NCBI GenBank assembly: GCA_965222095.1
Contig: CBDCTD010000001.1
Coordinates: 665,452 to 729,451, forward strand
From: Bryobacterales bacterium
Lineage (GTDB): Bacteria > Acidobacteriota > Terriglobia > Bryobacterales > UBA6623
Length of the DNA stretch: 64,000 bases
Direction of reading: 5' to 3'
Of the stretch, positions 54,843 through 64,000 are shown in pieces (positions within the stretch are counted from its first letter, which is position 1; the number at the start of each line of letters is the position of its first letter). A program made the position numbers and the translations under genes. The notes below the pieces were generated by a model that was given only the letters and a program-made list of their open reading frames with translations, was not told where the DNA came from and made no database searches.

Positions 54843-55784
54843 TCACCCCGAGAAGCGGCGTTTGCGGGCTTCGTCGAGGGCGACGGCGAGGATAATGACC
54901 GCCCCAATAATCGCCTGTTGGAGGTAGGGGTTGATACCAAGCAGGTCGCTGCCGTTGGCGAGCAGGCCCATGATGAAGGCGCCGATCAGCGTCCCGACAA
55001 TGCTGCCCTCCCCGCCAGACAAGCTGCCACCACCGATCACAACGGCCGCAATGACCTGCAGCTCGTAAGCCTGACCCGCGGTTGGCTGTCCGGTCATCAA
55101 CCGCGAGGCTTCGATCATGCTGGCCACACCGCTCAACATGCCGCAGATCGCATAGACCGCTACCGTGTACTTCGCCACCGGAATGCCGGCGTAAACGGCA
55201 GCTTCCTTGTTGCTCCCCAAAGCGTAGGTGTATCGCCCGAGTTTCGTGGAGTGCAGGACGACGTACATGACACCCGCGCAAGCCAGAAGAACCAACAGCA
55301 CAAACGGCACCCCGGCGATCGAGCCTTCGCCAAGGTAAGCGAATTCCCGCGGGAGGCCAACCACCGGCAGCCCGTTCGAGATTATCAGCGTCAACCCGCG
55401 GGCGATGCCGAGCGTCCCCAGGGTCACGATAAATGGCGGGATTTTCAAGCTCGTGATCAGAGTGCCGTTGGCAAGGCCCCATCCCAAACCGCACAAGATT
55501 CCGACAACGATGCCGGCCGATATTCCACCTCCGCTGACCATAGCCATGGTGCCGATGGTGCCGGAGAATGCCAGAATGGCGCCCACAGACAGGTCGATGC
55601 CTCCGGAGACGATGACCATGGTCATCCCGAGAGCCATGATGTTGATGACGGCGGTCTGGCGCACCACGCTCGAGAGGTTGGTGGCTGTAAAAAAGTAGGG
55701 AGAAGCAAGGGACAAGAAGACAAAGAGGGCAATCAGGCTGAAAAACGGCAGTAGTTTCTGAAGCATCCCTGAGCGAAGCTTCAT
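54843..55784 (-). CDS. Monosaccharide ABC transporter permease (RbsC-like)
   Basis: GGIDLSVG, IPPFIVTLG, GRYTYALGSN, YELQVIAAVVIGGGSLSGG. Confidence 0.92.
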   Translation of the reverse strand: MKLRSGMLQKLLPFFSLIALFVFLSLASPYFFTATNLSSVVRQTAVINIMALGMTMVIVSGGIDLSVGAILAFSGTIGTMAMVSGGGISAGIVVGILCGLGWGLANGTLITSLKIPPFIVTLGTLGIARGLTLIISNGLPVVGLPREFAYLGEGSIAGVPFVLLVLLACAGVMYVVLHSTKLGRYTYALGSNKEAAVYAGIPVAKYTVAVYAICGMLSGVASMIEASRLMTGQPTAGQAYELQVIAAVVIGGGSLSGGEGSIVGTLIGAFIMGLLANGSDLLGINPYLQQAIIGAVIILAVALDEARKRRFSG

Positions 55785-57235
55785 TCCCCTACCGCCGCGT
55801 AGCGCATGATTTCCTGCTGCGTGGTCTGCCGAGGAAGCTCGGCGACAAGGCGACTGTCCCGCATCACCAGAATGCGGTCCGCCACCTGAAGGAGTTCGGG
55901 CAATTCCGAGCTGACCATGAGCACCGCCTTTCCGGAGCGTGCCAGCTCATCCATCAAGGCGAAGACTTCCGCTTTGGCGCCGACGTCGATCCCGCGGGTC
56001 GGCTCATCAAACAGCAGGACCCGGGCGTCGCGGTACAGCCATTTGGCGATGACGATTTTTTGCTGATTGCCACCGCTCAATCGGCCGGCAAGCTGTTCGA
56101 TAGACGCGGCGCGGATCTGGAGACGCTGTCGAGAATCCTCGGCTACCTTTTCTTCGTGCGAGCCGTTGACCAAGCCTGCCCGACAGACGCCGTCGACGTT
56201 GGCCAGCGTGATGTTGACCCGCAGAGGCAGCCGCAGCGCGAGGCCGGTTTTCTGCCGGTCTTCGGTAATTAGCGCAATACCGTTATTCACAGCGTCCCGC
56301 GGCGAGCGAATCTCCACCTGACGCCCTTCGACGTAAATATCTCCTTCGGTAGCAGGAGTGATGCCGAAGATGGTCTGGCAAAGTTCGGTGCGTCCGGCGC
56401 CCATCAGTCCCGCGACGCCGACGATTTCACCAGCGTGCAGGGTCAGTTTCACGCCATCGAGATCCACTCGCAGCAGCTCTTCCCCCGGCGGCTGCGGCTC
56501 GCGTTCGTAGATGGCCGAGACCTCGCGGCCGACCATATGGTGAACGGTTTGTTCAGTCGTTACATCGGAGAAAGGGCTGCTATGAACCGTCTCCCCGTCT
56601 CGCAGGATAGTGATGCGATCGGCCACATGGCGCAGTTCGTCCAGGCGATGCGTGATGTAAATGATACCCATGCCACGCTCGCGCAGGCTTCGTACGATAC
56701 GGAACACCTCGGCGGTTTCAGCTTCCGACAGCGAAGACGTCGGTTCGTCAAAGATCAGCAGACTCGACGCGCTGTGAAGAGCGCGACAGATTTCGACCAG
56801 TTGCTTTTGTGCCGGACTCAGCGCCTCAACCCGCCAACCGGCCTGCAAGGGAAAGTTGTGCTCTTCGATGAGCGCCGTACATTCCCGCTCCATGCGGCGT
56901 TGGTCAAGCACCGGTCCGGTCTCGAGCTCTCGTCCGAGGAAGATATTTTCCGCCACCGTCAGGCGGGGTGCCAGAAGCGACTCTTGATGGACCATGGAAA
57001 TGCCGTTCACGTGCGCGTCGGCCGGGCGTTGAAAATTGACCTCGGAACCTCGCCACAGCATGACGCCACCGTCGCGCTCCAGCATGCCGGCAACGATTTT
57101 CACGAGCGTGGATTTGCCCGCGCCGTTTTCTCCGACCAGGGCGTGGACCTCTCCGGCTTCTATTTGGAAGTCGCCCCGCCGGAGCGCCGCCACGCCGGTA
57201 AAGTATTTCTCGATGCCTTGAAGATCCAGCAGCAT
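55781..57235 (-). CDS. Monosaccharide ABC transporter ATP-binding protein (RbsA-like)
   Basis: GENGAGKST, FDEPTSSL, LSGGNQQK, DEPTRGIDVGAK. Confidence 0.93.
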   Translation of the reverse strand: MLLDLQGIEKYFTGVAALRRGDFQIEAGEVHALVGENGAGKSTLVKIVAGMLERDGGVMLWRGSEVNFQRPADAHVNGISMVHQESLLAPRLTVAENIFLGRELETGPVLDQRRMERECTALIEEHNFPLQAGWRVEALSPAQKQLVEICRALHSASSLLIFDEPTSSLSEAETAEVFRIVRSLRERGMGIIYITHRLDELRHVADRITILRDGETVHSSPFSDVTTEQTVHHMVGREVSAIYEREPQPPGEELLRVDLDGVKLTLHAGEIVGVAGLMGAGRTELCQTIFGITPATEGDIYVEGRQVEIRSPRDAVNNGIALITEDRQKTGLALRLPLRVNITLANVDGVCRAGLVNGSHEEKVAEDSRQRLQIRAASIEQLAGRLSGGNQQKIVIAKWLYRDARVLLFDEPTRGIDVGAKAEVFALMDELARSGKAVLMVSSELPELLQVADRILVMRDSRLVAELPRQTTQQEIMRYAAVGE

Positions 57236-57461
57236 GGCTTAAGGATGGACTAGTGCTTGGTCGCGATTGCAGTGGGCGGTCGGGTTCAATGTTGCAAGGT
57301 ATCACGGCGAAGCACGTCAGCGCGAACCTCCGACAATGATTGTGGCTCCGATTTGCTCGTCGCGAGCGGGTGCGACGGCGGGAAACTAAAGTGACTACTT
57401 CGAGGCTCTGATTCGCGCATCGCTAGGCTGTGCCTGCTCAGCCCACGTCGGCCACCCGCTT

Positions 57462-57798
57462 CTACTGCTCGAGGATGCTTTTCAAAAACTCCCGAGTGCG
57501 AGGTTGTGAGGGGTTGGAAAAAATCACCTCCGGCGCATCGTCTTCGAGGATCGTTCCCTGATCCAAAAAAACGACTCGATCGGCAATGTCTTGGGCGAAA
57601 CGCATATGATGCGTGACGATCAGCATGGTGGTGCTGCTTTCCCGCGCGAGTTTTCGCAAGACGTGGAGCACTTCGCCGACGAGTTCCGGATCGAGCGCCG
57701 AGGTGACTTCGTCGAAAAGCATGATCTTCGGCTGCATGGCGAGGGCTCGGGCGATCGCCACGCGCTGTTTCTGTCCTCCGGAAAGTTGCGAAGGATAC
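57462..57798 (-). pseudogene. C-terminal fragment of a polar amino acid ABC ATPase (EhuA-like)
   Basis: YPSQLSGGQKQRVAIARALAMQPKIMLFDEVTSALDPELVGEV; Walker A half missing, cut at the IS fragment. Confidence 0.85.
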
Positions 57799-57879
57799 GT
57801 AGAGCGTCAGCGGATGGCCACATAAACCATCCTACCGTGAAAAGGGTGTTATTGTCCAGTTATTTATGTGGCACTACAC
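57799..57879 (-). mobile_element. 81-bp end fragment of the 53128-54280 IS630
   Basis: Matches 54200-54280 with one SNP; ends in TIR followed by TA (57880-81). Confidence 0.95.
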
Positions 57880-57881
57880 TA

Positions 57882-59065
57882 GTGCCATCGAAGGATTGGG
57901 AAAGGCCGACCGAATTCCGGATACGACAGTTCTCTCGGGGGCCTTCTCGGACCCCAATCCGCAGGTACAAGCTACTGCCATCCTGGCCTACCGCCGCATC
58001 GATGAGCACTCGGCATTCGAAAAGTTAGAGGAGATGGCCCACCACCAGAATTCCAACTTCCGAGCGGTCGCTGCTTGGGCCATGGGAGAAACGCAAGCCA
58101 CGCAGTTCGTGCCCCAGTTGAAGCGAATGCAACAGGATCGTACGAGCGAGGTTCGCCGGAAGGCCGACGACGCTTTAAGCAAGATTCCCGCGGAGGAGAT
58201 GTCGCTCCGGAGTCCGGTCCCCGAAGAATCCGCGGGCTTTGCCACGATCAACATCGAGCCGCTGTACGCGTTCGCTGACAAGACGTCACTGCGCCGGCTC
58301 CACCTGGCAGTGACTGACTCCGATGGCTCTGTGGTTGCGGGCCTATCCCACCAGGACTTCCAGCTCCAAGAAGACGGCATTAGCGTCACCGGCCAGGAGG
58401 TCGGGGGTCCCGAGCGGTTCGAGCCCGCGGCCATCGCCTACGTTCTTGATTGCAGCGGGAGTATGTCTACCTCCGCCGTCCATGAGATGAACACCGCGGT
58501 CGTCAAGAGCCTGAGCTACAAGCGGCCCGAAGATAGAGTAGCCATTGTGAAGTTCTCTATGGATGTCGAGCACGCCGCAGGCCTAACAGACAGCCTCAAG
58601 CGTCTCAAAGCGGTTATTCAACGCAGGCACTTGGGCTTGAGGACATCTTCTCGGCTCCACGATGCAGTTGACGGGGCCCTCGAAGAGGTCGCCAAGCAGC
58701 GCGCAGGCTGCCGGGCCGTCATTGTGATCGCCGACGGGCCGGACCGAGGAAGCGAATCGCACTTTCAGGGCATCGTGCGCAAGGCTAGGGAAATCGCTGC
58801 TCCGTTGTACGTCGTTGGATTCGGTGTCGAAGGCCGGACGGTGTCCTTGCCGGACCTAGCTGACTCCACCGGTGGCAGGTTTTTCTCGGCCGCCAGCGGA
58901 CGTGAGCTTGCATCGGTGTGTGAAGGACTCATGCGCAGGATTTCGGCCCGCTACACTGTGACCTATCACGCGACCGATTCGCGTCCTGAGGCCATCCAAG
59001 TCCGAGTGACCACCCAGACCGGCCGTGGCGAGACGTCGATCTCTCCCCTCGGTCCTTGGAACTGA
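57882..59065 (+). pseudogene. HEAT-repeat plus VWA domain protein, 5' truncated at the IS end
   Basis: SAIEGLG..FRAVAAWAMG HEAT repeats; MIDAS DCSGS, T/SS-RLHDA, IADG; the track start codon lies in IS sequence. Confidence 0.8.
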
Positions 59066-59245
59066 CCAGAGGTTCTCTACCTGGAAACATTCTTCCTCAC
59101 GTACACGCTCGCGAGGAGCGAAACGGAGCCGCGAACGCGAGTGAGCGGCCAGGGGTCGAACGGCCCACCCAAGGCGATGACAACCGGTGGCCTTTCGACC
59201 CAAGGGAGTGGAGGTATCGCAAAGTCATCGAGGCCACAGCGTCCC

Positions 59246-60313
59246 CTACCGATCCCAGTCGGCCACGAAAATGTTGAACTCGTAGCGGCTCTTGGCGTTG
59301 TGGCTCGAGGTAAACACCAACTTTGTTCCGTCGGGAGAGAACTCCGCAAAGGACGTAAAGCCGCCAAAGTCGGTGACCTGCTCCAGGTTGTCCCCGTCCA
59401 CGTCAATCAAGAATAGTTCGAACTCGCGGCTGTCGCATTGGTTCTTGTTCGAGGAGAAGATGATGCGCTTCCCATCGGGGGTGAACTGCGGCGCGAAGCT
59501 GGCGCAGCCGAAGTTCGTGATCTGGCGGGCATTGGAGCCGTCGGAGTTAGCGACAAACAGTTCCATTTTCATGGGCGTCGTCAGATTCTGGGCTAGCAGC
59601 TCACGGTAGCGCTCGATCAGCGGGGCGTCAGTCGGGTGATGAGCTCGCCAGACGATCTTGTCGCCCGTCGGTGAGAAGAAAGCCCCACCGTCGTAACCCA
59701 CGGTCTTCGTCAGCCGTCGGTTGTTGCTTCCGTCGAGGTCCATGGACCACAAGTCGAGATCGCCGGACGCTTTCGAGGTGTAAATAACCTTACCGGTTTT
59801 CCAGTTGACGGTAGCCTCGGCGTCGTATCCTAGAGTTTCGGTCAGCCTTTGCGGATTGTTCCCATCGTCATCTGCGACATAAAGATCGTACGTTTCATGC
59901 ACTGGCCAGACGTAACCCTTGCTGCGGTCAGGACGCGGCGGACAGCCCGCTTGGCCCTCGTGAGTCGAGGCGTAGATGATCCGTTTGCCGTCGGGAAGAA
60001 AGTATCCGCAGGTCGTTACGCCTTTTCCGGTCGAGACGCGTTCGATTCCCGACCCGTCCACGTTCATGACGTAGATCTGATCACACCTGTTCCCGCCACG
60101 GGTCGATTGGAAAATGAGCCGCTGGCCGTCGGGGGACCAATAGGCCTCTGCGTTCTGGCCCCCGAACGTAAGCTGGCGTATGCTTGAAAGATGTCCGGAC
60201 GTCTGGCTGGCGCTTGGCAACGCCGAAACAACCCAAATCAGGACCCAGACACAAGATCGCGTGCTGCCAAGCCCGATCGTCACAATTAGTATTGTACCGC
60301 CGTGGGCAGCCAA
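59246..60313 (-). CDS. TolB-like/PD40 beta-propeller secreted protein
   Basis: NAEAYWSPDG, GYDAEA, YDGGAFFSP, FAPQFTPDG; start uncertain. Confidence 0.85.
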   Translation of the reverse strand: MAAHGGTILIVTIGLGSTRSCVWVLIWVVSALPSASQTSGHLSSIRQLTFGGQNAEAYWSPDGQRLIFQSTRGGNRCDQIYVMNVDGSGIERVSTGKGVTTCGYFLPDGKRIIYASTHEGQAGCPPRPDRSKGYVWPVHETYDLYVADDDGNNPQRLTETLGYDAEATVNWKTGKVIYTSKASGDLDLWSMDLDGSNNRRLTKTVGYDGGAFFSPTGDKIVWRAHHPTDAPLIERYRELLAQNLTTPMKMELFVANSDGSNARQITNFGCASFAPQFTPDGKRIIFSSNKNQCDSREFELFLIDVDGDNLEQVTDFGGFTSFAEFSPDGTKLVFTSSHNAKSRYEFNIFVADWDR

Positions 60314-60522
60314 GGTTGGAGCTGTAACCCTAGATGGTGTACGGTTTACTAAGTTTCACACCAAATGTTGTTGTTAGGGCTTTACATCGGGATTCGACGG
60401 AGTTACCATAACCAGGCGTAGGCGTGACTCGAATCCCTGTCTAAACGCACTTGATCGCTACCTGGAAGCTGGAAACGAGGACCATCTCAACCGAGCCGAG
60501 TCGGGCCCCAAGGTGAACCAGC

Positions 60523-63500
60523 GTGCTAAGTCTCAAGAAACTGGAACTTTCTGGCTTTAAGTCGTTCTGCGACCGTCAGGAACTGCGGTTCAGCGGCGAT
60601 GGCATCGCTGCCATCGTCGGCCCCAATGGGTGCGGAAAGTCGAATATCGGTGACGCTATCAGTTGGGTGATCGGTGAGCAGTCGGCCAAGAGTCTCCGCG
60701 GCGCTCGTATGCAGGACCTTATTTTCAACGGTTCACGGGACCGCAAGCCTTCCGGCCTGGCCTCTATCAGCTTGACGTTGGTGGACCCGGAAGCCTTTTT
60801 CGCCCACAGAAACGGCACAGGGTCAAATGGCGGCACTGCAAGCTTGGCCAGCCGGCCGGAGGAGATGGTCGTCACGCGCAAGCTGTTTCGATCCGGTGAA
60901 AGCCAATACCTGATCAACGGCAAAACCTGCCGGCTGCGTGACGTCCGCGAGCTGTTCATGGGCACGGGTCTGGGACCGCAACATTACGCGATCATCGAGC
61001 AGGGAAGAATCGAGCAAATCCTGAGCTCGCGCCCGGTAGACAGGCGCGCCTTTGTCGAAGAAGCGGCCGGCGTCACGAAGTTCAAGACAAAAAAACGGCT
61101 CGCGGAGTTGAAACTCGAAAGCGCGCGCCAAAACCTCCACCGCGTCAACGACATCCTCCAGGAGGTGACGAGGCAGGTCAACTCACTGAAACGCCAAGCG
61201 TCGAGAGCGCGCCGGCACGAGGAACTACAGAACCGGCTCAAAGCGACTCTTTCCGTTCTGCTAGCCGGCCGATACCGGCGCCTCGATGAGCAGTTCAGGT
61301 CGTCGACGTCGGAGTCCGACAAAGCGAAAGACGAGAATCGCTTGTTGGCTGAGCGACTGCGCCGGCTCGAAAGCGAATTGTCGTCGCATCGCAAGCAGCA
61401 GCAAATCCAAGATACAACGCTGACCAGTCGACGCGAGGAGCTCTCCCAGCTTGTTGTGAACATCGAGCGCCTGCGCTCTCGAGTGGAACAGCAGGCCGTT
61501 ACCGCCAAGGAGAACGAAAAACGTGAAAAACAGTGGGAGGTTGAAATCTCCTATCTTGGCGAGCGGCTCGAGCAACTCCGCGCCGAATTAGCGTCTGAGG
61601 AAGCTGCCGTTGAACAAGTGGCGGCGGAGAAAGACGATGCGCGGCAGCTATTGACTCAAAAAACCTCGGACGTCGAGCAATGCCAGGCCGACCTGGGCGA
61701 AGACGAGCAGGAACAGGAGAGCGGTCGCCAGCGCATACTACAGCTTCTTGGTGAGATCTCTACCTGCCGGAATGAAGTCGCGAAGTTAGAGGAGTTCCTT
61801 GCCGGCACCGAACGCCAGATCGCAGGCTTGCGGAAGGAAGAGGAGGAAGCAAAGCAGGAGCTCGCCGGGCTGGCAGGTTGCCGCAAGGAGGCTGAGCTAC
61901 AGGTTGAGCGCGAACGGAAGAATTCCGAAGCGTTGGCGGTTCGCCGGAAGAGTATCGAGCAACAGATCGGCACGCATCGGGAGCAGGCGGCGACCGGTCG
62001 CGAACAAGTCGAGCGGCTGCAGGAAGAACTCTCTCGAGCGAGGGCCAGGCGTGACTCGCTGGAAGAGATTCTCTCCCACCGCGCCTATACGACCGAGAGT
62101 GTCAAGAATCTTTTCGCCGCTGTCGACAAGGGGGCGGAGCAAGGCTTCCGGCCGGTGGGCATCCTCGCGGATTATGTTGAAGTTGCTCCCGAACACGAGC
62201 GAACCGCCGAGGACTTTTTGCGCGATGAGCTCGAGTTCGTGGTCGTCAAAAGCTGGAATGAAGCCCGGCAGGGTGTCCAGCTTGCCCGCCGAGAGCTACA
62301 CGGCGAGGTCACGTTCCTGGTTCACCCAGAATTTCCGCTGACCGAGGAGATCCCCGCCTTGGGGCCGGAGACGGGTGTCACAGGCCGCCTTGCCGACTCG
62401 ATTCGCCTGACCAATGGGCTGTCCGGCGCGGCGGCGTCCTTGCTGCCGCGTCTGCGCGGCTGTTACTTGGTCGAAGCCGAACAGGCTGCTCGGCGGCTGG
62501 CGGTGCAGTATCCCGACCTTTCCTTCTTGTTGCCGGACGGAGTTTGCTATCGCGGCCATACGGTTCGGGGAGGCAAATCGGGCACGAGCGGTCCGCTGTC
62601 GCTCAAGAGGGAGCTGCGCGACCTGACCCCGAAGGTGACGGCTGCCGAGAAGTCACTTCGCGAAGCTATGGCAATGGCGTCACAGGCGGAAAACGAAATC
62701 GAAACCAAGGGCACGGAGCTGGAGACAGTAAAGTCCGAGTGCCAGGAGAACGAAAAACACGTACTGGCTATCGAGCACGAATTGCGGCGGCTTGATGAAG
62801 CGATCGACCGTGGTGAGCGCCGGCGCTCCGTTACGAGCGTCGAGAGGGAACGCCTACAACAGACCGCTCAAGAGGCGTCCACGGATCGGGACGCTCGTAC
62901 TCACCAGATCGAGCAGAAGGAGCAGGAGCACAGCCAATGTGACGCGTTCCTCGCGGATTTGGAACAGCGACTGCACGCAAACCAAGAAAATCTCGCAAGC
63001 CTACTCAAGGAACAAACGCAAGCCCGCACCCAATTGGCGACACTCGACGAGAGGCACAAGGGGGCGACCGCCTCGTCCGCTCGGGCTCGGCAGGGCGTCG
63101 ATGAGCAGAACGAGCGGGTGCAGTCCATCTCGAGCCAGATGCGAGAGTCGGCGGAGGAGCGCGTCCGCCTGGTCGAGGACAACGTCGAGCTTGAAAGCCA
63201 GATCGAGCAACAACGCGCCCGGCGCGTCGCGGCGGAACGAGAAGCAAGCGATATTTCCCAGGCTCTGGCAGAGTTGCGCAGCCGCGTAGAGGCTTCCGAG
63301 GAGCAAATTGGTGTCGAGCGTTCGTCCTTAGATCAAATCCGTGACCATCGTTCCACCATCGAGGTGCGATTGGCCGAGATCCGCTCCGAGGTCAAGCACC
63401 TCGAGGAGGAATGCAAGCGCGAGATCGGAAAGCCCATCCAACAGGTGTCCGACGGCGAAAGCAAAGAGCTTGCCGACGAGGAACTAGCCACGGCCGAAGC

Positions 63501-64000
63501 CCAGTGCCAAGAGACCAGGGCGAAACTGGACAACCTTGGCCCCGTAAACGTCCTGGCTCTCGAAGAATTTCAGGAAGCGAAAGATCGCCTTGACTTCCTC
63601 GAAGCGCAAAAGAAAGATCTACTCGACTCCATCGCCGACACGCAAACAGCCATAGCCGAAATCGACGCGGTCTCGCGACACAAGTTTCAAGAGGCCTTTG
63701 AGGCAATCAACAAGAACTTTCATGAAGTGTTCCGCACGCTATTCGGCGGCGGTCAGGCGGAAATGAGGTTGACCGACGAATCCAACCTCGTCGACTCGGG
63801 GATCGATGTCATCGCCTCTCCTCCCGGTAAGCGCCTGCAGAACGTCGCCCTTCTTTCCGGCGGCGAAAAATCGCTGACCGCCGTCGCCTTGCTCATGGCC
63901 ACCTTTCAATACAAGCCCAGTCCGTTTTGCGTGCTCGATGAGGTGGACGCCGCGCTCGATGAGCCCAACCTCGCTCGCTTTAGCCGCCTCGTCAGCGAGA
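60523..64000 (+). CDS. smc: Chromosome partition protein SMC, runs off the right edge
   Basis: LSGFKSF, Walker A GPNGCGKSN, coiled coils, LSGGEK signature, LDEVDAALD; same frame at both ends; absent from the track because there is no stop. Confidence 0.96.
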   Translation, partial: MLSLKKLELSGFKSFCDRQELRFSGDGIAAIVGPNGCGKSNIGDAISWVIGEQSAKSLRGARMQDLIFNGSRDRKPSGLASISLTLVDPEAFFAHRNGTGSNGGTASLASRPEEMVVTRKLFRSGESQYLINGKTCRLRDVRELFMGTGLGPQHYAIIEQGRIEQILSSRPVDRRAFVEEAAGVTKFKTKKRLAELKLESARQNLHRVNDILQEVTRQVNSLKRQASRARRHEELQNRLKATLSVLLAGRYRRLDEQFRSSTSESDKAKDENRLLAERLRRLESELSSHRKQQQIQDTTLTSRREELSQLVVNIERLRSRVEQQAVTAKENEKREKQWEVEISYLGERLEQLRAELASEEAAVEQVAAEKDDARQLLTQKTSDVEQCQADLGEDEQEQESGRQRILQLLGEISTCRNEVAKLEEFLAGTERQIAGLRKEEEEAKQELAGLAGCRKEAELQVERERKNSEALAVRRKSIEQQIGTHREQAATGREQVERLQEELSRARARRDSLEEILSHRAYTTESVKNLFAAVDKGAEQGFRPVGILADYVEVAPEHERTAEDFLRDELEFVVVKSWNEARQGVQLARRELHGEVTFLVHPEFPLTEEIPALGPETGVTGRLADSIRLTNGLSGAAASLLPRLRGCYLVEAEQAARRLAVQYPDLSFLLPDGVCYRGHTVRGGKSGTSGPLSLKRELRDLTPKVTAAEKSLREAMAMASQAENEIETKGTELETVKSECQENEKHVLAIEHELRRLDEAIDRGERRRSVTSVERERLQQTAQEASTDRDARTHQIEQKEQEHSQCDAFLADLEQRLHANQENLASLLKEQTQARTQLATLDERHKGATASSARARQGVDEQNERVQSISSQMRESAEERVRLVEDNVELESQIEQQRARRVAAEREASDISQALAELRSRVEASEEQIGVERSSLDQIRDHRSTIEVRLAEIRSEVKHLEEECKREIGKPIQQVSDGESKELADEELATAEAQCQETRAKLDNLGPVNVLALEEFQEAKDRLDFLEAQKKDLLDSIADTQTAIAEIDAVSRHKFQEAFEAINKNFHEVFRTLFGGGQAEMRLTDESNLVDSGIDVIASPPGKRLQNVALLSGGEKSLTAVALLMATFQYKPSPFCVLDEVDAALDEPNLARFSRLVSE

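Noticed and set aside
60376-60440. GGGCT..GGATTCGACGG resembling a tmRNA 5' end
   Set aside because: Only about 140 nt before smc, with no tag ORF or matching 3' acceptor end
62530-62580. SMC hinge DGVCYRGHTVRGG departs from GX6GX3GG
   Set aside because: As I recall, shortened hinge motifs are usual in acidobacterial SMCs and the ATPase motifs are canonical; not verified

Overview
A 64-kb bacterial chromosome segment, most likely Acidobacteriota (Bryobacterales/Solibacter-like). The lineage call is an inference from a TIGR03437-type C-terminal domain, a coxBA-C1-C2-D oxidase operon, an ECF/anti-sigma/DUF4097/PDZ operon and the REP types present. Most of it is housekeeping, envelope and transport genes: suhB, pdp, nadD, biotin carboxylase plus carrier, lpxL, modA, cox, a DinG/YoaA helicase, an rbsAC-like ABC pair, and smc running off the right end. 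No rRNA, tRNA or CRISPR array was found. Accessory signals: (i) four IS630-family sites, all at CTAG with TA flanks - one clean insertion splitting a tandem GNAT gene, one full second-subfamily copy, a 123-bp internally deleted mini copy and an 81-bp end fragment; the last three sit at junctions where the flanking genes are truncated and do not match each other; (ii) two repeat hotspots (6.8-8.1 kb and 33.3-34.9 kb) sharing GTAG-tagged hairpins, other REP types and an ACCAAACAAA[G/C]CCAAT motif, each around a broken small gene, one frameshifted by a 10-bp tandem repeat; (iii) a dimethylformamidase-beta-like gene and an MfnA-like PLP decarboxylase; (iv) two PIN toxin loci, one with an XRE-HTH partner and one with only an antitoxin stub; (v) two probable pseudo-enzymes or variant channels (a HEAT-cyclophilin lacking R55/F60/Q63 equivalents, and a Zn-ribbon BI-1 lacking the di-Asp pair). 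I see no complete, unambiguous new system. The best leads are the shared-motif repeat hotspots with the repeat-switched HTH cassette, the pseudo-cyclophilin and the HTH-PIN module. All protein calls are by motif recognition only; no searches were run.
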